NCBI RefSeq assembly: GCF_037042905.1
Contig: NC_087245.1
Location: 36,706,001 to 36,766,000 of the forward strand
Length of the DNA: 60,000 bases
From: Lytechinus pictus
Lineage: Eukaryota
Direction: 5' to 3'
Within the stretch, counting starts at the first letter, position 1. Every line of letters starts with the position of its first letter. A program made the position numbers and the translations under genes. Positions 50,601 through 60,000 of the stretch are shown in pieces. The notes under the pieces were generated by a model. It did no database searches and was not told the DNA's origin. It worked only from the letters and a program-made list of their open reading frames with translations.

Positions 50601-51051
50601 AAAAGCAAAAAAAAAATTCTTACACCTCCTTACCTTAAGACCAATGTGTGTTCCAAATTTCATGAAAATCGGTTAAAAACTGAGGAAGTAGCTCGAAATG
50701 CAATATAGGTATAAATTCTTTAAAAAAAATTGGCCATGATTTGTTGGATTTAAACGTTGTCTTAAAGCAATTAAGACAACTCACAACTGTCTTAAAGTTA
50801 GGGCAAAATTCTTAGCCATGTAGAATTTATGAAATACAGACTCTGCATATTTAAGAAAAGTTACTTAGCCATTCATCCTAAATCTGTCTTAGTCGCGCAA
50901 AAATTCTTAGCCAAATTCTTAGACAAAATTCTTAGCCAATTCTTTATGGAATACGCGTTTTGGCTAAGAATTTTGTCTTGGACAGAAAACTAAGACAAAA
51001 TGCTTAGATTTTTGACTTAAGCATGCTTATCTCGTTTATGGAATACGGGCC
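47606..51051. mobile_element. Harbinger-like element, 3.4 kb, inserted in the foldback arm
   Basis: Perfect TIR GGCCCGTATTCCATAAACGAGATAAGC; flanked by CAG and CTG at a site that reads CTG in the uninterrupted arm. Confidence 0.85.
49381..50740 (+). mobile_element. HINE-like family C tandem array, 3' end not recognised
   Basis: Begins AACTAGAA after an A-run; ~160-bp units with GTTACCATGGCAAC and TTTCATGAGAATTGG. Confidence 0.7.
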
Positions 51052-52231
51052 CTGGGCTCCCGCCCGCTGCGCGGGCGGGAGCTCTCTGGGTTAGGTACAC
51101 CCGTGCAAAACACCGGGCCAGCGCCAGTGCCCAGTCGATCGCAACTTCGCGAGCCAAGGCCCGGCCCAGTCAAAGGCCGAGAATCACGCATGGAAAAATC
51201 ACACATTTTGGGCCTATCCGTCCTAAGAAAAAACTGAATTATATTAACAGGTATTAAATGAATCACATAAATTATGATATTAACCGGAGTCTAACTTACA
51301 TTCCTCGAAGGAGGTCGGAGGAGTGGTCGTGCACGGTCAGCTGATTAAAATAAAGGTAAACACGAACTGAAATTACCGGTATAAATAAAAACTGTTCTTA
51401 TTAAGGTGGTCTCAAAACATTTTTTATCTGACGATATGTACATATACCTCCAAAAGTGGGTCAATCATTTGTTTATCAATATGGAACATTTCAGGGTTTT
51501 TTCCTCGGAATAAACACATATACCGTACTTTAATTTGATTGATAGTCAATTTCAAAAGATATCATATCGAAATAAGCGTTTATCATATTCTAATCAGTTT
51601 TTAAATCATGAAAAATATTAGTTTCTATGATATCGATGCAAGCGTGAAAACCGAGCTGAGCACACTTTTGAATAAGGCCATGCGTTTTATGTTGGGCCCG
51701 CAAATAGGAGGGCATCGTTACATTTGCACGACAAGCACAGAAATGATTAATGGTATAAAACTTGAAATACATGTGCTACATGGGTATATTTAATTGGTAT
51801 CACATTAAAGGGAATCTTTATACCAATTACTTTAAAGAAAAAGAAATACATGAGATTACTTCATTTACCAGTAATTAGCAATTATGTAACATCAATTGGC
51901 CATTTTGGCATGGTGGTAGACGAGGGGGGCATGACGAGGGGAGCATGAATTTTTCTTTCATTAAGATACTAAATATATAACATCACAATACCTAAATATG
52001 TTATAGTTTGTGGGCTCACTCGCTTATTCTTTAGTCATAAGTGGGTCAAAATTGATCTTTTAAGTTTAAAGGATACCTAATTAAGCTAATTAGTATAACT
52101 AATTGATGTATATCATGAAATTAATACGATTGAAATTGCGGCTGTTTGATGTAAAGAAAATGAGGACAGATAAAATATAGTTGTGGGTTTACAACTACAA
52201 TAAAATTTACTGCTGTAAAAATTTCAAAAGG

Positions 52232-52328
52232 AAAAGCACAAACTAATTAAAGACTTCAGAGAGAAATCAATCTATTGTTAAAAGCACAAACTAATTAAAG
52301 ACTTCAGAGAGAAATAAAAATATTGTTA
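52232..52328. repeat. 48-bp tandem duplication
   Basis: AAAAGCACAAACTAATTAAAGACTTCAGAGAGAAAT...TATTGTTA twice. Confidence 0.9.
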
Positions 52329-52649
52329 ACTTGACCTCATGGTTTCAATTTTGACAGTGTAGACTGACAGTGATGACTTTGATGTGTCCGAATCTTCAGA
52401 TTATTCTGGTAACATAACAGATAGCCAGTACACCTTTTATGTAATTTTGATTGCTAAAAACTTTTTTGTAGAAAAAAAGCCCTCATCTGATGCTATTTAC
52501 TCTTTTTTCTTAATGTTACATCACATTGCGTCTATGAATCAGTAGATGACACATCTTTGGCTGGCACAAACGTTTTCAGAGAATATTTTTCACAATTATC
52601 GAAAAACTACTTGAGAACGACACTGGTACAAAGATTACACTAAACAAAG

Positions 52650-54147
52650 CACTGGCGTAAATCCGTGTTGATGGGTGGGGGGATGACTGAAATATTTTAG
52701 CATTTTTTTTGCAATCATGTTTTTAGATATGCAAGGAATTGTCATTGATATGTCCACAGTGGCGTATCGTGGGTCACGGCATTGGGGGGGGGCACCAGCA
52801 AAATTTTTGAATCACCGAGTGAGTGCGCTAATGAGCGCGCGAAGTGCGCTCAGTTGCCAGTTATACTGACCTAATAGAGACATTATTTTTAAGGACAATG
52901 TCATTAAACGGGTATGTATCTCACTGATCAAATAATACGAGCGCGAAGCGCGAGCTGAATTTTTTATATTCACACCTAAAAAGGGACATTATAATCATGA
53001 TATGTACCTGTCTCGCTAAACAATGCGAGCGCAAAGCGCGTGCTGAAAATTTAGATAATTCAGACCTGAAGTGGGGCATTCTAAGGTTTCTTTGTAGAAA
53101 TTAACTAGGACCATACGTATTTCATTAACCAAATGATGCGAGCGCGAAGCGCGAGCTGAAAATTTTTGATATTCAGTTCAGAAGAAGGGACATTTTAAGG
53201 AGTGATTTTAGGAATTCATGAAGAGCAGACATATCTCACCAATCCACTAATGCGAACGTAATCACGGACAGGAAATGTTTCATATATACGAAGACCTTAA
53301 CATGGAGCAATCACATTTTGAGTCATGAAAAAGAAGCATATGTCACTACATAAAACAATGATAACTCAAGTGCTAGGAAATATACTGTATTTGGTTTATA
53401 TTGACTTGAAAACGGGATGTTTTACTACAACAGGATTATATATCTCGTTAAACAGACAATGCGAGCACCAGGAACAATGAAGACGTAGGCCCTGGGCAAA
53501 TTATGTTTCATAAAGTTATGATAAAATGTTTCTTATGTAAAATGTAACATAACATAATTATAATATAACATTATAATGAATAATATTTTCTTCTTTCCCA
53601 CTACGTTTCTCTTCCTTTCTCCCTCTTTTCTCCTTTTCCCCCTTTCCCCGTTTTTTTGTCAGCCGATGGGGGGGGGGGGGGATGTGCCCCCATGCCCCCC
53701 GTAGTTACGCCACTGTATGTCCATATGGCAAATACCCCTCCAATATTATTATCTGTTTTACCCCATGATGGTTTAATGGTTTTATTAGAGATTACATTAA
53801 AAAAAATTTGACATTCCATCTTATTCCCTTCCCAAAGAACCCAACATTGATGAATTGGAAGAAACGGGGGTTTCTCTTCAATGTCATAATAAGGACATAA
53901 GTATTTCGTTTGGAAATGGTGAACAGGCTCTTTTTTTGCATTTTATGATTCTATAATATTGTTTTATTTGTTAAGCGGTATTTCAGGAAGAATTTTCACC
54001 AATAAAACAATTATCTCTTGTGATTTTTTTTCTTCATTTCTTTCGTAAAAAGTGGGGGGGGGGGGATGTTTGTACAGGCCATCCCCCCCCTCCTCGAAAA
54101 GTGGGGGGATATATCCCCCCATCCCCCCCCCGGGATTTACGCCAGTG
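52650..54147. mobile_element. hAT-like non-autonomous element (outer)
   Basis: TIR CACTGGCGTAAATCC; 8-bp TSD AAACAAAG. Confidence 0.85.
52757..53715. mobile_element. hAT-like non-autonomous element (nested)
   Basis: TIR CAGTGGCGTA; 8-bp TSD TATGTCCA; internal GCGAGCGCGAAGCGCGAGCTG repeats. Confidence 0.85.
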
Positions 54148-55144
54148 AAACAAAGGCAATTGTACCCATAGAATGTGTTTTGTATTGGCATTGACATTCA
54201 ACCCAGTACCAAGAGACCATGTCCTGCACAATGTTGAGCAAAAGGATTTAAAATATAACACTATAAAATAAAATAATCGAAGTATTTTTGCCAGGTTTAA
54301 GATAAATGGATTTATTCATAACATGTTAGTTGCTTTTCCTCACATTAAGTTAAAGCTAAAGCAGTTATGAGAAGTTTTCATTGTGCATTCATATTTTCCC
54401 TATATTTATGTTAAACCTGACTCTCAGTTGTCAACCTTTGGTCCACCGGTCTTTGAGCCAAGACATGACAAATCCCACGATTTAAGTCAAATGAAATCTT
54501 TTTTTATTCATAATAACCACAGTAAATATATTATAATATACTGGTTAGTGTTTGCAAGTGTATTTATGCAACTAAAGGCAAGACTTAATAATATTTTGGA
54601 GGTAAATCAAGTATTGTTACATATTACCCGAAAAATTGTGATGTGAAATTTTGTCTTAAACTGAGATGATCGCGCAAGATTATTTTGGTAAAAGTTATTC
54701 CTAACAAGTTATATATCATTGGAAAGGCCTCACTCTAAAGAGTTGAAATATGCATGTTATTTTCCTATAGGGTGTAAAGTTTTTCTGATTCTAATATTTA
54801 TTGGGAAGTATATTTTTTCACAGTTTTCCACATATTTTGACCTTTAACTTTTCGTGACATTACCCTATGCCTGTTCTGATTGCAATTTTGAATTCCTCAG
54901 ACAATTTCCTTTCAGAATATATATACTTTTATGGGTATAGGATGTCAAACATAAGAAAAAACTGCAATTGTATGAAACGGTGCGATTTTGGAGGAAAATT
55001 TGAGTTGTAACGAAAATGGGCCCAACTCAAAATGCATGGCCATAAACAAATAAATGCGAGCATGAAGATCGAATTGATCATTAAGCACTGTTTAATGTGT
55101 AGGACCGTTTATGAAGAGGGCATTTTTTTATACTATAAATGAAG

Positions 55145-55310
55145 CTGGGGCCGCGGAAGCGGGGGGGGGGTGCGGGGGAGGCTTCAGCCCCCCCCCCTTT
55201 TTTTTTTCAAAACCGTGTACAAAAACGTAAAAATGACCATATGACTGTGATTTTTGCATGATCAGCCGCCCCTCCCCCTCTCCCACTTTGAAAACTTTTC
55301 CCGGCCCCTG
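55145..55310. mobile_element. Short hAT-like MITE with 5-bp duplication
   Basis: TGAAG|CTGGGGCCGCGGAA...TTCCCGGCCCCTG|TGAAG. Confidence 0.6.
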
Positions 55311-55316
55311 TGAAGC

Positions 55317-58300
55317 CAAGAGAGGTGGAACGTATTTTCTTTTAGGGGGTGGGGCAAAGTTAAAAGGTCACTTATATGTCAAAATGGGCATTTTGGTGCA
55401 ATTAACGGATATTTTACCCTGAGATTACCTTCTGCGTGAAGTGGTTTGTGTTTTGAACAAAGTCATTTTGAAGTGATTTCTGATTGATAAGAGATTGATA
55501 AGATTAGGTTTATATATGTAAGAGAAAAAAAAATCAAATTTGAAGTTGTAAAACTCGCTTTTGGTCAATTATGGCGCTAATTTCTGTCAAAAGGGTATAT
55601 ATCTTTTCGAGATGTTGCAAGCGCGAATCGTGTGCTCAAATTATTAGACATTCCATGTAATAAGACATTAACTAAAACATTCTGAGCAGTTTTTGTAATC
55701 GTGAAAAAGATGTGTTGGCCTAACTACAGGGAATTTTTTAGGGGCAAGTGTCCCCTAGCAGTCCCCGGTTCCGCCACAACTGAGTGAAGCGAGCAAAATT
55801 TTGGTGGAGGATTTAGCTACAGCAACTCGACATTCTAAACTCTAATCAAAATGCAAGCGCGTAGCGTGAGCTGAACATTTTGTCTAAATTCAGCAGTTTT
55901 TGTAACAAGATGCGTAATCCCGTCTCTCGCTGAAACAAAGCTACAAAAATCAAATCATGAGCATGATAATCTCTTTAAATTAACTAAAAAACGAGATATA
56001 CTTTTTTAAATCTTTTTATACCTTTCCTCCGCTCCTTTACTTTTTTCTCCTAATTTCTTTGCTCCTTTTTTTTTTTTGGGGGGGGGGGCTGTTTGCAATT
56101 GGCGGAGTTCCGCGGAACCCAGGGACCCACCCCCCCCCCGGCTTCGGCCGTAAATTGGGTATCCTACATTAATAATGTGAGCGCGAAGCGCGAGCTGAAA
56201 TTTTTTTGATATTCTAATCTGAAACTGAATAATTTATTATAAGCATGTTTTAAATAAAGAACAAGCTGCGTAACTCAATAAACATGCGTGTGTTTAAGAT
56301 TTATACCTAGTATCTGGGCATTCTAAATTTATTTTTTATCATGAATATCATTAAAGCGAGCGCAAAGCGCGAGCTGAAAATATTTGATATTCCGATCTGA
56401 AAAGGGGCCAATTTAAGCTTTAATTCAAGCACTGTGTAGGAAAATTGATAAATGGATATTTGGATCTTAATAAAATAATGATAAAACGAAGCGCAAGCTG
56501 ATACTTTTATCAACATTATTTTGAAGTAGGACCGGGACATTGTAAAGATGTTTTGTCATCATTTAAAAATGATGACTATCTTCCCATTTCCCTTCCTAAG
56601 CGCGAGATATTCCATTCTGAAAAAAAAGAAGACATTTTAGTTATTAAGAATTAATGAAAATGTAATTACTTTATTCATTAATCTAATAAACCTAATGACA
56701 GCTCGAAATTTGTTGATATTAAGGCCTGAAAACTCGACGATTAAAGCACTTTTGTGATTATGAACAGGATGCATGGGTTGATAAAATATGCTAGCGCAAA
56801 TCGCGGTGTCATAAAAAGGGGATTTTAAGTAGAATTACCGTTATTAGAGGTAAATATAGAGGTATACATTACTCAGCAATCAAAATGCGAGTGCACAGCG
56901 CTGGCTGATAGTAATAGATTTCGACAATCAAACCTAGCTGAAAAGGGATATTTGGAGAACTTTATGGAATACATGAAAAGAATAGGTATTGACAAATCAA
57001 ACAATGCGAGCGCGCAGCGCGAGCTGAAAATGTTGATACTGAGACAATAAAACGGACATTTTACAGAGCACTGTTTGAAAATTAATTTGTAAATCAAACA
57101 AAATAATGAAAGCTCGATGTCAGAGGTGAAATGCGTTTTTATAATGACTTCAAAACTTGGAATTTTAAGCTCCATTTCAGCCTATTGAGCAAGAATTTTA
57201 CGTATCTCATTAAACATGGAATGCGAGCGCGAAGCATGAGCGAAAATCTAATAAAGTGACATAAAATATTTTTTTCACTTTATTTTCCAAGTCTTCCCCT
57301 CACCTTATTTCATTCACTCGTCTTCCTCCCTTTTTTCCTCCCTTTTTTTTCTTCTTTCCCCCTTTTTTCTATATTGCTCCTCCAATAGGGGGCGGGGGCG
57401 GGCCGCTCGCCCCCCCGGATGCGCCTTTGTAAATTTGACAATAAAAAAATATGGTTTCACTCCATATAAATGAAGGTCGTATTTTGGTGCCAAAAAAATG
57501 ACAAAGCCCCCCCCCCCCCCCAGAAAAAAAAAGGTTTCAACACAAGATGTTGGTAATTTCCCATATATTTCTCCAAAGTGACACACCTACCAGAATTCAA
57601 GGGGGTGCTGCCGATGAAAATAATACACACAGCACCCCCTGGGAAAATCTTGGGGGTGCTTCAGAGCACCCCCGCTTCCCAGGTCCATGACAAGATGTGT
57701 ATCTCAATAAACCGTTAGAAAATGTGCGCGCAAAGAGCGAACTAAATTCTTGTTATGAGTCAGGAGTTAGTTAGGACTGAAAACAAGATTTTAAAGAGCC
57801 TTTTCGAAATTTTGACTGTAATGTATATGATCTTGCAAAAAATAATAAAAATGCGAAGCGCAAATGAGATGTGTCTCCATTATAATGTAATAAGTTGCAG
57901 CAATAAATAATTGATGCACTTAATCAGCTGTCAATCCCAATGTTTTAGTTCTTGGTAGAAAATTTTTGAATAAACCTAATTTCATATAATAAAATACAAA
58001 AGAACAAGTGAGGGTATGACATCATCAGCCCATCACCTAATGAATATTCATAATAATAATGATAATAATATATGTGATTTGTAATGCGCCAAATCCACTC
58101 GGCAGAGTGCCCAAGGCATAAAGACATGCCTAGAACTGTTTCACCGAAATAATGCAAATCTTTACAATTCATAACTTTGTTATTTGTTATCCGATTTTGA
58201 TCAAATTTTCAGCATTTTGCTTTGTAAATTTAACTCTATTTATTTAGATATAAATATTTTCAGCCTGGACCATCCCTTATTTTGTCACTAAAGTCTATTT

Positions 58301-58790
58301 AGGCTATATAGCTTCATCGTTTAGTTCAAGTTTTATTTTCATTTCCATCATTAACATTATATAAACAAATACAAATCAAACATACATCATATATGTATAA
58401 ACAAATACAATATTCAAATTAAATATAATTTCGATGATTAAAAATCAACTTCAATTTCGAAAACATTTGTAAAACAGTTTTAACAAAATACTGTTTAGAA
58501 AAGGATATGTATTTCTATCTCATTAAACAAGCAATGCGAGCGCGAATCGCGAGCGGATGTTTGTTTACAGTGACCCAAAGGTTTGATGTCTATACCGAGT
58601 CCCCACTCATTTTCTTCACATTTCCTCCATTGTTTCTTCTTCTTTATCACTCCACTTTTCCTTTGTTCTTTTCTTTTTCTCTTCTGACAGCTGCTGCGCG
58701 ATCAGGGTTCGCGCCTATATCTTTCACCCCCCCTCCTAATCTATTTAGTATGCCAGAGGCCGCAAGCAACAACCCTAAGTAGATTTACAA
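55317..58790. repeat. Cluster of decayed G/C-run elements with dispersed GCGAGCGCGAAGCGCGAGCTG units and a partial Kolobok-like MITE (~57870-58280)
   Basis: Motif recurs at ~55850, 56180, 56355, 57005, 57220, 58535; boundaries not resolved. Confidence 0.6.
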
Positions 58791-60000
58791 TTTCACAGTG
58801 TGACAAAAATTAAAAACTGATAGTTCATTTTTCAGTCCCGTACTCATTTTTTTTATTTTTCATCTTCGTTATTTTGTTATTTTGTCACGGGATGTGCATG
58901 GGCACTTAGAGCCATTCCGATATCTTTCTCTTTCCCCTTTCCTCCTTATTCTCTCGTCTCTTCCTCTCTCCCTCCCCTCTAGCTTCTATCCCCTTTCCCT
59001 ATTTATCTTCTTTCTCCCCCGGCTTTCCCCTTCTTTTCTTTCCCCTCTCCCTTTTCCTTCCTTCCTTCTCTTTTTCATCCTTCGGCTTCCCCCTCCCTTC
59101 GCTCCCCCTCTTTTTTTGACAAAAAAGTTTTCAAAAGGGGCGGGCACGAGACGGAAAATGCCTCTCTTGGTCCGGCAACTGCATTAGTATAATAAGGTAA
59201 ACTATGTGTTTTCATTTCTTCTTGGCAGGGACTTTTCTTTTTGGTGTCTTTTTCCCCTCTTTCTTGGAGGAATAGGCCTATTATTAAATCCTCTCCCATC
59301 CCAATAAAAAATAGCAATAAAACACTAAAAAACACACACAAAAGCAAGAACATATACTAAACCAGAAAAAAGTTGGATATTATCGTAATTCTGTTTTGAT
59401 TATACGTATTTATCTCAATTAAAAAATTATTAACATCATCAAACAACTAAAAATCCCCCACCCTTTCACCTATTCCTTATCTCATTCCCTCTATCTTTCT
59501 CTTCACAGCTACCAGAGTTTCGGAATTGTATTAGTTCGAAATTTCAGTTTCAATGATTAGTCAAAATTGATGTTTTGATTACGCAACCGAATTGAAAGAT
59601 TCGAATGCCGAACTAGAGTTAGTTACACTGTCACTGACACTGTCTGACCGGCTTTTGTGAGCTGCCTGAGGCTGATTTCTAATATAGGTAAGTTTAATAC
59701 TTAATAGTTCTTGATTTTAGTGAAGCACTGTGTCATTTTTCCTAAAAAAAGACTATACCGGTAGGCGGTAGTTCGAGCTTTAGTTTAACTTTAACTAAGT
59801 TTTAAAAAAGGAAACAGAATGAGAGATTGAGAATGAGAGCTTAGACTCGGCCCGGTCATGATCATGCCGGTCAAGAGAAAAGACGATAAAAGTTGAGACA
59901 AGTCTGAAAGTGAAAAATGAATGTGCATGATGAGTGATGGGTGATAATTTCTGAATCTGATTGATTGAGTGATGACTGTCTACAATGGTCGATAGTCTAT

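Larger units (their letters stand above)
47127..51093. mobile_element. Foldback element with 9-bp TSD (Mutator-like by structure), right arm interrupted
   Basis: TAACCCAGAGAGCTCCCGCC termini; TSD GGTACACCC at 47118-47126 and 51094-51102; ~240-bp arms meeting near 47370. Confidence 0.85.

Noticed and set aside
58880..59190. Leu/Pro/Phe/Ser-rich ORF
   Set aside because: CT-rich low-complexity tract.

Overview
AT-rich eukaryotic, repeat-dense DNA; the repeat families and gene style suggest a marine deuterostome, probably a sea urchin (inference). The minus strand carries the 5' half of a PIKfyve/Fab1 gene: 12 phase-consistent coding exons, 40410->22083, 564 codons, with FYVE and DEP domains. 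No further exon was recognised between 22082 and the window start. That apparent >22 kb intron holds two intronless, paralogous class A GPCR genes arranged head-to-head, one intact (18222-19385, +) and one frameshifted in TM5 (7853-6802, -). The rest is non-autonomous transposons (Helentron/HINE-like, Kolobok-like TTAA, Harbinger-like CWG, hAT-like, P-like, a foldback element), SINEs and a CR1 LINE fragment. Main observations: (i) direct evidence that TA sites became TA-NNNN-TA palindromes by 6-bp insertions, consistent with transposon excision footprints, plus a 1.3 kb tract built largely of chained such motifs; (ii) a three-level transposon nest inside a 9-bp-TSD foldback element; (iii) a candidate 7SL-headed SINE; (iv) a dead tandem duplicate of a FYVE exon. 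Family names rest on terminal structure and remembered consensus, not on database searches.
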